This document shows, in pieces, positions 53,988 through 64,000 of a stretch of 64,000 nt of DNA. The stretch covers positions 32,724-96,723 of the forward strand of contig JALZUR010000022.1 of assembly GCA_023301025.1 (NCBI GenBank). Reading direction: 5' to 3'. The translations under genes were made by a program, and so were the position numbers. Every line of letters starts with the position of its first letter. Position 1 is the stretch's first letter. The notes under the pieces are model-generated. The model was not told where the DNA came from, made no database searches, and was given only the letters and a program-made list of their open reading frames with translations. This DNA is from Bdellovibrionales bacterium (lineage in GTDB: Bacteria; Bdellovibrionota; Bdellovibrionia; Bdellovibrionales; UBA1609).

Positions 53988-55061
53988 ATGAAAATTAAAA
54001 TTATAATACTGATAGCCGCTTTATCGTCACTTGGAGGATGTTCCATGTTTTTTAATAAAAATAAAACAACTAAAAAAGAAGTCACAACAAGTCTTGTAAA
54101 TAAATCAGACAAAGAGTTAAAAACAACCGTGGATGCTAAAGAAAAATTTAAATCAAAAATAAAAGAACTCTCCCCCTTACAATTTAAGGTCACTCAAAAA
54201 GATGGCACTGAGCCTCCGTTTAAAAACGAATACTGGGACAATAAGGAAGAAGGAATTTATGTTGATGTGGTTTCAGGCGAAGCTCTTTTTAGTTCAAAAG
54301 AAAAATACAAATCAGGAACAGGTTGGCCTAGCTTTTCCAAACCTCTAGAAGAAAAAAATATTGTTGAAAAAACAGATTTTGGCTTTTTAGGTAAGCGCAT
54401 TGAAATTAGATCAAAAAATGCAGACTCTCACTTGGGCCATGTTTTTACTGATGGACCCAAACCTTCCGGCTTACGTTACTGCATGAATTCAGCCTCTTTA
54501 AGATTTATCTCAAAAGACAAACTAAAAGATGAGGGTTACGCACAATACGAAGAGCTTTTTACAAAAACTAAAAAACAAAGTGAGTACATCATTGTGGCCG
54601 GTGGTTGTTTTTGGGGTATGGAAGATCTAATTAAAAAAGAAGTTGGTATTATAGATACAATTGTGGGTTACACAGGCGGAAACGTTCCAAACGCAAACTA
54701 TCAAGTTGTAAAGACAGGAACTAGTGGTCATGCCGAGTCTGTTAAAATCACTTACGATCCAAGTAAAACAGATCTTTCTAAAATTCTTCTCTTCTTTTTT
54801 AAAATTCATGATCCAACAACAAAAAACCAACAAGGCAATGATGTTGGTACTCAGTATAGATCCACAATTTTTGCAAAAAATGAAGATCAAAAGAAAATAG
54901 CAAATGAAGTTATAAAAAAAGTTGAAGCTCTAAAGAGGTTTAAAGACCCAATTGTTACAACTATCGAAAAAGAATCTGAGTTCTATACGGCTGAAGACTA
55001 CCACCAAGACTATCTTACAAAAAATCCAGGTGGCTACACCTGCCATTTTATAAGAGATTAA
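53988..55061 (+). CDS. msrAB: lipoprotein methionine sulfoxide reductase fusion, MsrB-MsrA order
   Basis: Lipobox LSSLGGCS. MsrB motifs GTGWPSF and RYCMNSASL. MsrA motif GGCFWG. Confidence 0.9.
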   Translation: MKIKIIILIAALSSLGGCSMFFNKNKTTKKEVTTSLVNKSDKELKTTVDAKEKFKSKIKELSPLQFKVTQKDGTEPPFKNEYWDNKEEGIYVDVVSGEALFSSKEKYKSGTGWPSFSKPLEEKNIVEKTDFGFLGKRIEIRSKNADSHLGHVFTDGPKPSGLRYCMNSASLRFISKDKLKDEGYAQYEELFTKTKKQSEYIIVAGGCFWGMEDLIKKEVGIIDTIVGYTGGNVPNANYQVVKTGTSGHAESVKITYDPSKTDLSKILLFFFKIHDPTTKNQQGNDVGTQYRSTIFAKNEDQKKIANEVIKKVEALKRFKDPIVTTIEKESEFYTAEDYHQDYLTKNPGGYTCHFIRD

Positions 55062-55606
55062 ACTGGCTTTACTTTTTTACTGGCTTCATCAATAGACTGA
55101 AGCTCACTTTTTATTTTAGACAAAAGCTCTTCAGAAAAAGCTTTTACATCAATGGAGAATTCATCAAGTCCGACAGTCTTCACTGGGGTATTTTTTGAAG
55201 ATATATTAATACCAAAATGCACTAGTGAAGATAAAGATGAAACTGTGGCAATAGACACATTTAGCTTTTTATCTTCTAAATATACATCATCACCACGCCT
55301 AACAAAGCTTTTTTGAGTTTTAGAACTAAGTAGTTCTCTTACCTGTTCAGCAATAAAACGTTGCACGAAAATACCGTAGAAAATATCTTTATGAAAAAAT
55401 TCCCCTAAAATGTGAAGCATAGATTCAGAAAATATATGATCTTTATTTACACGATCTTCCATATCAACCATAGAGTCTACTTTGACCTCACAGGGCCCCA
55501 TCCAACTTAAAAAGCCATCACCCTTTAGACCATGCTCATACAAAAAATGAGTCCTTAACTCAGGCCCTGTGTATTTAAAACTTTTATCTAAAAACAAATT
55601 TTTCAT
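55058..55606 (-). CDS. conserved hypothetical protein downstream of queC (possibly DUF366-like)
   Basis: 182 aa. SD GTGAGGT. 37 bp after the queC stop on the same strand. The family guess is from memory only. Confidence 0.45.
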   Translation of the reverse strand: MKNLFLDKSFKYTGPELRTHFLYEHGLKGDGFLSWMGPCEVKVDSMVDMEDRVNKDHIFSESMLHILGEFFHKDIFYGIFVQRFIAEQVRELLSSKTQKSFVRRGDDVYLEDKKLNVSIATVSSLSSLVHFGINISSKNTPVKTVGLDEFSIDVKAFSEELLSKIKSELQSIDEASKKVKPV

Positions 55607-55643
55607 ATGACCTCACTACTAACTACTTTTACAGTCGCTATTA

Positions 55644-56312
55644 CTAACTACTACTTTCTTCTTTTGCTCTAAAAAACCTTAAACAAGACTCACAGCGCTC
55701 GCAAGGCTTATCCCCACTGTAATAACACGGCCACACTGACTCTGAATCAAACCCCAACTCTAAACCAAGATTGAATATCTGCTTTTTATTTAAATCTAGT
55801 GTTGGTGAAATAAGTATAACTTTGCCTTGGGTGGAAAAGCTTAAACTTTTGTTTGAAGCCTTTAGAAAATCTTCAGAATTGTCAGGAAAAGTCTTAGCCT
55901 CTTCTTTATTAAAACCTAATATAAGATCCCCTCCACCTAAAGACTCTAAAATTGAAGCTGCGGCATTTATAAAAAGCCCATTTCGATTTGGTACCCAAAC
56001 TGAATTTGCAGATTTTTGAGTTTCAATATCTGAATGCAAATCAACATTTTCTGGAATAGCTGTTTTTTTTGCATTTAAAGACGAGTTAGAAAACTCATTT
56101 ATAAATGAAAGAGGAACTTCATATAAATGAACATTCAACGCATCACAAAGCTTGCGAGTTGTTTTTCTTTCAGACTCTAGAGCTTTTTGCCCGTAATCAA
56201 AAAAAACAGCAAAAACTTCTTTGTAGCTCTTTTTATTATTAAGCGCCCAGTACAAAGAAACTGTAGAGTCTAAACCGCCACTTAACGAGACCAAGGCTTT
56301 TTTAGACGTCAT
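55644..56312 (-). CDS. queC: 7-cyano-7-deazaguanine synthase
   Basis: PP-loop VSLSGGLDSTV and a C-terminal Zn cluster CYYSGDKPCERCESC. Confidence 0.9.
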   Translation of the reverse strand: MTSKKALVSLSGGLDSTVSLYWALNNKKSYKEVFAVFFDYGQKALESERKTTRKLCDALNVHLYEVPLSFINEFSNSSLNAKKTAIPENVDLHSDIETQKSANSVWVPNRNGLFINAAASILESLGGGDLILGFNKEEAKTFPDNSEDFLKASNKSLSFSTQGKVILISPTLDLNKKQIFNLGLELGFDSESVWPCYYSGDKPCERCESCLRFFRAKEESSS

Positions 56313-56389
56313 AGAAAATCTCCATAAGGTTTTAATTTAATACAAATATTTATAGTTTTAGTGATTCTATAAAGTGTTTATAGTTTTAC

Positions 56390-58153
56390 TTAAAAAACCT
56401 CTATTTCGTTGATCAAAAGCTGCAGAGATTCATTATTTCTAAAGAAGTTTATCTGAGGAGTTACATAAAAATTCAAAAACTTATCTTTATACACATCCCC
56501 CTCTAAAAGCTTTAAAACCTGGTGCTCTTCTGGTGGGAAAAACCAAAGGGCCTCAACTGTAAGATCTTTGTCGCTGTCATGAAAGAGTGTAAGTTTATAG
56601 TGTACATCTTTTAAAAGCTTTGCTGATTTGATCTTTAACTTTGAAATTTTAAACTTAGGAGCTTCAAAGCCCATACCAAAAGGCTCTAGCTGGTTAAGCC
56701 AAGGAATAAAAGATCTGTTTAGTTCCGAAATAACAACTTCACAATCAAACTCTTGGCAGCTAAAAGAGTCCTCTTCTTTTAGGATATGTTTGGCCATAAG
56801 ATAGCTTTGCAGCTCTCCTCTAAATAAATCTATCTTCTCTTCATCAAGCTCAAAACCAGCGGCTTGAGCGTGCCCTCCGTACTGAAGAAGACTTGGACAC
56901 TCTTTCATAATGTCTTTTAAAGAAAGATTAGAGTGTTTCGGAAGTCTTGCACTTCCAACTATTTGTCCATTCTCTAATCTAGAACCTACAAACGAAGGTG
57001 TTTTATACTTATCAACAAGCCTAGTCGCTACTAAACCCATAACACCAGGGTGAACCTCTTCTGAAACAAAAAAAGAAAAACAATCTGGTTGCTCAGCGTT
57101 TAAAGCTAAATCAATAGCCTCATCTAAGGCCTCTTTTCTTTTGGTGTTAACAACATAAGCTTCATCAACAAGCTGTGTGGCTCTGTCTTTAGACTTTTCT
57201 ATAAGAATATCTGTAGGTCTAAGATCTGTATCTAAACGCGATAAAGAGTTAAGTTTTGGAGCTACTTTAAAACCAATGTCTGTCGATGTTATGGATTTAC
57301 CCATAAGACCCTCTTTATTTTTTAAAGCTCTTAAGCCTGGCTTTAAAGTTTTTGTAAACTGTGAAAGTCCTTTTCGAACAAGCACTCTGTTTTCTTTTAC
57401 TAGTGGCACCATATCTGTAATGGTTCCAATAGCTAAAAAATCTAGAAGCTTTTCTAGGCTAAAATTTTTAGGCAAAGGACTCTTTTTCTTAAAAGTCTTA
57501 GCTAAGGCATAGACAAGATAAAACGCAACACCTGCACCACAAAGATGTCCTAAATTTGCAGTGCAATCTTTACGGTTAGGATTTACAACAGCTTTAGCTT
57601 TTGGAAGGCTTTCATTTGGAAGATGGTGGTCTGTTATAATGACATCTATTCCAATTTTATTAGCGTAGTCTACAGTTTCACAAGCAGTGATCCCAACATC
57701 AGCCGTAACAATTAGTTTTAAGCCCTGATTTTTAAACTTATCTAAAGCCTCTTTGTGAAAGCCATAGCCTTCGCTTAATCGTCTTGGTTGGTACAAAGTA
57801 GCAATGTTAAAACCAAGCTCTGATAAACCTTCTTTTAAAATGGCTAAAGATGAAGAGCCATCTAAGTCATAATCACAGTAAAGGCCAATTCGTTCGTTGT
57901 TTGAAAACGCAACACTCAAACGATCAACAGCCTCATGCATATCTTTAAGTTTAAAAGGATCTGTTATATCTTTTAAAAAAGGATTTAAAAATTTTATCTG
58001 ATCATCAATGTTTAAAAAACCTCTAGATTTTAAAAATCTAGAGACAAGTTCTGGAATGTAGATCTTTTTATCAAGTTCGCGATCTAGAGTTTTATCCGTA
58101 CTTTTTTCTACACTCTTTTTTAAACTGAAGCCCCATTCTTTTATCTTTTCCAA
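56390..58153 (-). CDS. recJ: single-stranded-DNA-specific exonuclease RecJ
   Basis: DHH motifs (YCDYDLDGSSS, TADVGI, IITDHH) and a DHHA1 GGHAQAAG motif. TTG start. Confidence 0.9.
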   Translation of the reverse strand: MEKIKEWGFSLKKSVEKSTDKTLDRELDKKIYIPELVSRFLKSRGFLNIDDQIKFLNPFLKDITDPFKLKDMHEAVDRLSVAFSNNERIGLYCDYDLDGSSSLAILKEGLSELGFNIATLYQPRRLSEGYGFHKEALDKFKNQGLKLIVTADVGITACETVDYANKIGIDVIITDHHLPNESLPKAKAVVNPNRKDCTANLGHLCGAGVAFYLVYALAKTFKKKSPLPKNFSLEKLLDFLAIGTITDMVPLVKENRVLVRKGLSQFTKTLKPGLRALKNKEGLMGKSITSTDIGFKVAPKLNSLSRLDTDLRPTDILIEKSKDRATQLVDEAYVVNTKRKEALDEAIDLALNAEQPDCFSFFVSEEVHPGVMGLVATRLVDKYKTPSFVGSRLENGQIVGSARLPKHSNLSLKDIMKECPSLLQYGGHAQAAGFELDEEKIDLFRGELQSYLMAKHILKEEDSFSCQEFDCEVVISELNRSFIPWLNQLEPFGMGFEAPKFKISKLKIKSAKLLKDVHYKLTLFHDSDKDLTVEALWFFPPEEHQVLKLLEGDVYKDKFLNFYVTPQINFFRNNESLQLLINEIEVF

Positions 58154-58172
58154 AATAGATTAAAAAACCCTT

Positions 58173-59117
58173 TTAAGCTTTGCTTGTAGAGCGGCTGTTC
58201 CCCATCAAACGATCAAAAACTATAGTTAAAGGAGAAGCCACATAAATAGAGCTGTAAGTTCCAACAACCACGCCAATAGCTAAAGTAAAAGCTAAATCCT
58301 TAACAACGCCTTTGCCTAAAACATAAAGGCATAAAACCGCTAATAATGTGGTTACAGACGTTAAGATAGTACGCGATAAAACTTCATTTACAGATCTGTT
58401 CACAACAAACTCTAAAGCTTTTCTTTTGTACAAAGGAATATTTTCCCTAACACGGTCAAAGTTTACGATAGTGTCATTTAAAGAGTATCCAATGATAGTT
58501 AGAATTGCCGCAAGCGTTTGAATGTTCACTTCTCTTTGAAAGAGAGCAAAAATACCTAAGGTTATTATAGCATCATGAAACAAACAGATCACTGCACCTG
58601 GAGCAAATTGAAAATCAAAACGAAAACCCACATATACTAAAATCATTATCAAAGAGTAAAAAATAGCTAAAAGCCCATTACTTCTAAGTTCTGCTCCGAT
58701 CTGCGGTCCGACAGTGTCAACTTTTCTAAGTTCTGCACCATCAAAGTTTTGCGAAAGCCCTGTAGTGATCTTTTTAACAGAAGAGTTAACTAATGCATTT
58801 GTTTCTTCTTGAGTTTTTCCTTCAATGGACTCTACTCTAATCAAAAACTCATTATCTTCTCCAAAGGCTTGCACAGAAGATTTTTTAACACCTGTGGTTT
58901 TCATAAAACTTCTGATTTCATCAACAGTTACGGCTTTATTAAACCTAACCTGCACTTCAATTCCACCTACAAAATCGATGCCGTAGTTAAAACCTTTAAA
59001 AGCTATTAAAAAGAGTGAGGCTAATACTAAAACCAAAGACACTACACCAAAGATAGGTGCTTTTTTTACAAACTCAATTCTTCCGCGACTGTTATCTTTT
59101 AAACTTGATTGACTCAT
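58173..59117 (-). CDS. secF: protein translocase subunit SecF
   Basis: GIDFVGG, six TM helices and FDRVRE. It follows secD. Confidence 0.9.
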   Translation of the reverse strand: MSQSSLKDNSRGRIEFVKKAPIFGVVSLVLVLASLFLIAFKGFNYGIDFVGGIEVQVRFNKAVTVDEIRSFMKTTGVKKSSVQAFGEDNEFLIRVESIEGKTQEETNALVNSSVKKITTGLSQNFDGAELRKVDTVGPQIGAELRSNGLLAIFYSLIMILVYVGFRFDFQFAPGAVICLFHDAIITLGIFALFQREVNIQTLAAILTIIGYSLNDTIVNFDRVRENIPLYKRKALEFVVNRSVNEVLSRTILTSVTTLLAVLCLYVLGKGVVKDLAFTLAIGVVVGTYSSIYVASPLTIVFDRLMGNSRSTSKA

Positions 59118-59129
59118 ATTCTATAACCC

Positions 59130-60845
59130 CTAGGCCATTCTTTTTTTAACTGGCATAATTTTTTGAAAACCCATTCTTACAAGTAGATCTATAAACACTC
59201 TACTTAAGAAAATCGCTGTAAACATTGAAGTTGCAATACCCCAAATTAGAGTCACAGCAAAACCTTTAATTGGACCTGATCCGTAAAACATTAAAACCAA
59301 ACATACAGCAGCTGTTGTGATGTTGGCATCAATAATGGCAGATAGTGCATGCCCAAAACCATCTTTTACAGCAGGCCTGAGCCCGCTACCCTTTAAGAGC
59401 TCTTCTCGTATACGTTCAAAGATAATAACGTTTGCATCAACGGCCATACCAACTGTTAAAACAATACCAGCAATACCAGGTAGAGTGAGTGTGGCACCTA
59501 AAGAAGTTAAAAGTGCTAAAAGCAAAAAGACATTTGTCACAAGTGCAAAGCTTGCAATAAAACCAGCAGTTCTATACCAAACAAGCATAAAGAGTAAAAC
59601 AATAGCCAAACCAAACAGCCCCGCTTTTTTACCGGCTTCAACTGAATCAGCACCTAAAGTTGGTCCAACTGAGCGCTCTTCAAGTTGCTCTAAAGCTGCA
59701 GGCAATGCCCCAGCTCTTAAAGTGTTTGTTAAAAAGTTTGCTTCTTTTTCAACTTCAGTGTCATTTCCAAGTGTGATTACCCCACCCTCTCTCAAGCGTG
59801 AGTTAATGGTTGGTGCAGACTTTAAAACTTTATCTAAAACAATGGCCATAGGCTGTTCAACATTTTCACCCGTCATTTTTGCAAATTCATTTCGACCATC
59901 ACTTGCAACAGAAAAGTTAACAACAGGTTGTCCGTACTGACCTAAACCAACAAAGGCATCACTGATCTTATCACCACTAAACACAATATCGTCTTTCACT
60001 AAAACTGCAGACTTTCCATCTTCAATGCTTGCAACTTGATCAAGTTTTTGAAAAACAACTTCTGTTTGTTCAGGAAGTTTGTTTTTTAAGTCCTTGTTGA
60101 TTCTTTTTACATAATCTAAATACTTTAATCCACCTTCGTTCTTAGTGCCAAGTGTATAGCCTCCAGCAGTTTCAGCTTCAGTGATGAAAGTGTTAAGCTC
60201 CACAGGAGAAATCTCATTTGAAACAATCATAAATTCTAAACGGGCAGCACGATTTATGAGATCTTTTGCCTGCTCATAGTCTGCTTCGTTGATACCAGGT
60301 AGCTGAACAATTATACGATCACTTCCCTGAGCCGCAATGTAGGGCTCTGCCACACCAAAAGAGTCAATTCTATTTCTTATGACATCGATGGCTTGAGTTA
60401 CTATCTGTTTTTTGATTTGATTCACATACGCTTCAAAGTACTGAAACGTAACAGAGGTTTCACTTTGGTCTAAAAGCTGAAGCACTCCTGAATAGTTTGC
60501 TGAGGTGAAACTTTTAATCTGCGATACATTACCGACAAGAGTTACAGAGCCAAAGGGTTCAACATCATTAGTCTTAGTACTAGATACAGCGTTTGGTGTC
60601 TTTTTGTTTATATCTTCTTTTAAAGATCCACCAAGGCGTAAGATCTTTTCTTCTATTACACCTTTCGTATCGACACCTAAAACAAGTTGAAGACCACCTT
60701 GTATATCTAAACCATAAACTAAAGATTGCCCAGGAAGCCAACTAGGGCGGCTCTCATCTGAAAAAAAGTTTGGTGCAAAAACATAAGCACCAAAAAGCAA
60801 AACTCCTGCAACTATCCAAATTCTAGCCTTAAGACTCTCAATCAT
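59130..60845 (-). CDS. secD: protein translocase subunit SecD
   Basis: GLDIQGG, a large periplasmic domain, LPAALE…SVGPTLG and C-terminal RND-like TMs. Confidence 0.9.
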   Translation of the reverse strand: MIESLKARIWIVAGVLLFGAYVFAPNFFSDESRPSWLPGQSLVYGLDIQGGLQLVLGVDTKGVIEEKILRLGGSLKEDINKKTPNAVSSTKTNDVEPFGSVTLVGNVSQIKSFTSANYSGVLQLLDQSETSVTFQYFEAYVNQIKKQIVTQAIDVIRNRIDSFGVAEPYIAAQGSDRIIVQLPGINEADYEQAKDLINRAARLEFMIVSNEISPVELNTFITEAETAGGYTLGTKNEGGLKYLDYVKRINKDLKNKLPEQTEVVFQKLDQVASIEDGKSAVLVKDDIVFSGDKISDAFVGLGQYGQPVVNFSVASDGRNEFAKMTGENVEQPMAIVLDKVLKSAPTINSRLREGGVITLGNDTEVEKEANFLTNTLRAGALPAALEQLEERSVGPTLGADSVEAGKKAGLFGLAIVLLFMLVWYRTAGFIASFALVTNVFLLLALLTSLGATLTLPGIAGIVLTVGMAVDANVIIFERIREELLKGSGLRPAVKDGFGHALSAIIDANITTAAVCLVLMFYGSGPIKGFAVTLIWGIATSMFTAIFLSRVFIDLLVRMGFQKIMPVKKRMA

Positions 60846-60935
60846 TTTAACTCAACTCCGTTTAACATTTATATAATAATGAAACTTTCTTTATCTATGT
60901 ACTTTACTATGTTTTCTACAACAACAGGCTTAAAC

Positions 60936-61283
60936 TTAAGACTTGGCTTTTGCCTCTAAATACGGAGACAGACTTCCTTTTAACACTTTAATTTTTGTGC
61001 TATCAGAAGCTTTCAAGTCCACAAAGTTTTCACTCACACCAACAATCGTGCCTAAGATTCCTCCGCTGGTCAAAACCTGATCTCCTTTCTTTAGAGCACC
61101 CATAAATTCTTGCGCTTGCTTCGCTTTTCGCGCTTGAGGTCTTATCACTAAGAAAAAGAAAATTAAGAAAAAAGCACCCATGGGAATAAGTGTAGACTCC
61201 CAAATACTAGGGCCCGAAGCTCCTGATTTTTGGGAGGTCTCTTGGGCTAAAGCGGATAAACTTAAGAATAAAAATTGGATCAT
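60936..61283 (-). CDS. yajC: preprotein translocase accessory subunit YajC
   Basis: LIFFFLVIRPQARKAKQAQEFMGALKKGDQVLTSGGILGTIV. Confidence 0.85.
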   Translation of the reverse strand: MIQFLFLSLSALAQETSQKSGASGPSIWESTLIPMGAFFLIFFFLVIRPQARKAKQAQEFMGALKKGDQVLTSGGILGTIVGVSENFVDLKASDSTKIKVLKGSLSPYLEAKAKS

Positions 61284-61349
61284 AACTATATACCTTACTT
61301 TAAATTTTAATTGGTTAACCTGAGCCTGAAGCGTGTAAAAATCAACGGC

Positions 61350-63562
<2,213 letters not shown>

Positions 63563-63654
63563 GCCAAAGCTCTTAAACCTTAATAAAACTTAGTTCATTT
63601 GGATAAAACATTGATGAGAGGTGGATTCTGATGTAGCTATATCTCACAATTTTA

Positions 63655-63741
63655 GCGCCAGTGTCGGAATTGGTAGACGAGCCAGGTTGAGGGCCTGGTG
63701 GGGGCAACCCCGTGGAGGTTCAAGTCCTCTCTGGCGCACCA
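63655..63741 (+). tRNA. tRNA-Leu (anticodon GAG), type II with long variable arm, CCA encoded
   Basis: Hand-folded cloverleaf. Acceptor GCGCCAG/CTGGCGC. D stem TCG/CGA with GAATTGGTAGA loop. Anticodon stem CCAGG/CCTGG with loop TTGAGGG. Variable arm GGGG-gcaa-CCCC. T arm GGAGG-TTCAAGT-CCTCT. Discriminator A + CCA. Confidence 0.9.
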
Positions 63742-63787
63742 TTTGTCAAACTATTCGAATGCTTATTTTTTAAAAAATTAGAATTAT

Positions 63788-63818
63788 CGACAGAATCAAT
63801 TTCCTTGTCGCTTTTTTT
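63788..63818 (+). terminator. weak hairpin + T-run downstream of tRNA-Leu
   Basis: CGACA-(13 nt)-TGTCG followed by CTTTTTTT. Confidence 0.3.
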
Positions 63819-64000
63819 ATGCCTTAAACAGTGAAAAGCTTTAATTAATTATTTCTTCTATATAGTTTAAATAGCCTCATCTTGATTAAATAATCCACCA
63901 TACTACCGGCCGTGAATCATCTGAATTATTGCCCCTGTTTTTTTATTAATCTCAACATGTGCGACTCCGCCCTTGCAAGTTTTTTTATCTGGGCAATGTA

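Noticed and set aside
59317-59940. 207-aa plus-strand ORF
   Set aside because: It is long, but antisense to secD, which is unambiguous. Its Ser/Ala/Pro/Lys-rich translation is typical of the reverse frame of a membrane protein gene.

Overview
AT-rich bacterial chromosomal window, densely coding: about 60 protein genes, one tRNA, and no rRNA, CRISPR array, transposase or integrase that I can recognise. The gene content suggests a Bdellovibrio-and-like predatory bacterium (Bacteriovoracaceae/Halobacteriovorax-like). That content includes a Bd0055/HBb-like histone-fold protein, an Agl/Glt-type gliding-motility cluster, FadE + ETF-QO + PutA catabolism and many secreted or lipoprotein genes. The taxonomic call is inference from content only. 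Housekeeping blocks, left to right:
- umuDC, a CPA2 antiporter and two MscS-family channels
- ETF-QO, an S9 peptidase, an Nfu-type Fe-S scaffold and pdxH
- an FKBP isomerase, heme A synthase and fadE
- putA, kdsC, eno-ftsB and msrBA
- queC, recJ and the classic queA-tgt-yajC-secD-secF row ending at tRNA-Leu(GAG)
Regions worth a second look:
1. 23.5 kb: a monocistronic histone-fold gene carrying a Lys-rich N-terminal tail.
2. 25.4-31.9 kb: a same-strand row of five unannotatable genes. It holds a TadG-like N-terminal-domain giant, two paralogous Cys/Gly-rich secreted proteins, a lipoprotein and an acidic cytoplasmic protein. This is my best candidate for an undescribed envelope/surface system.
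3. 38.1-49.9 kb: a compact kdsC-led Agl/Glt-like gliding operon.
4. A palindromic about 33-45 bp element shared by the upstream regions of that operon and of an orphan cpaF ATPase gene.
5. Two sigma-28-like CCGATA boxes placed exactly 6 nt before SD-less ATG codons.
All homology statements come from motif recognition by eye; no searches were run. Coordinates I derived myself (hairpins, motifs, revised starts) may be off by 1-2 nt.
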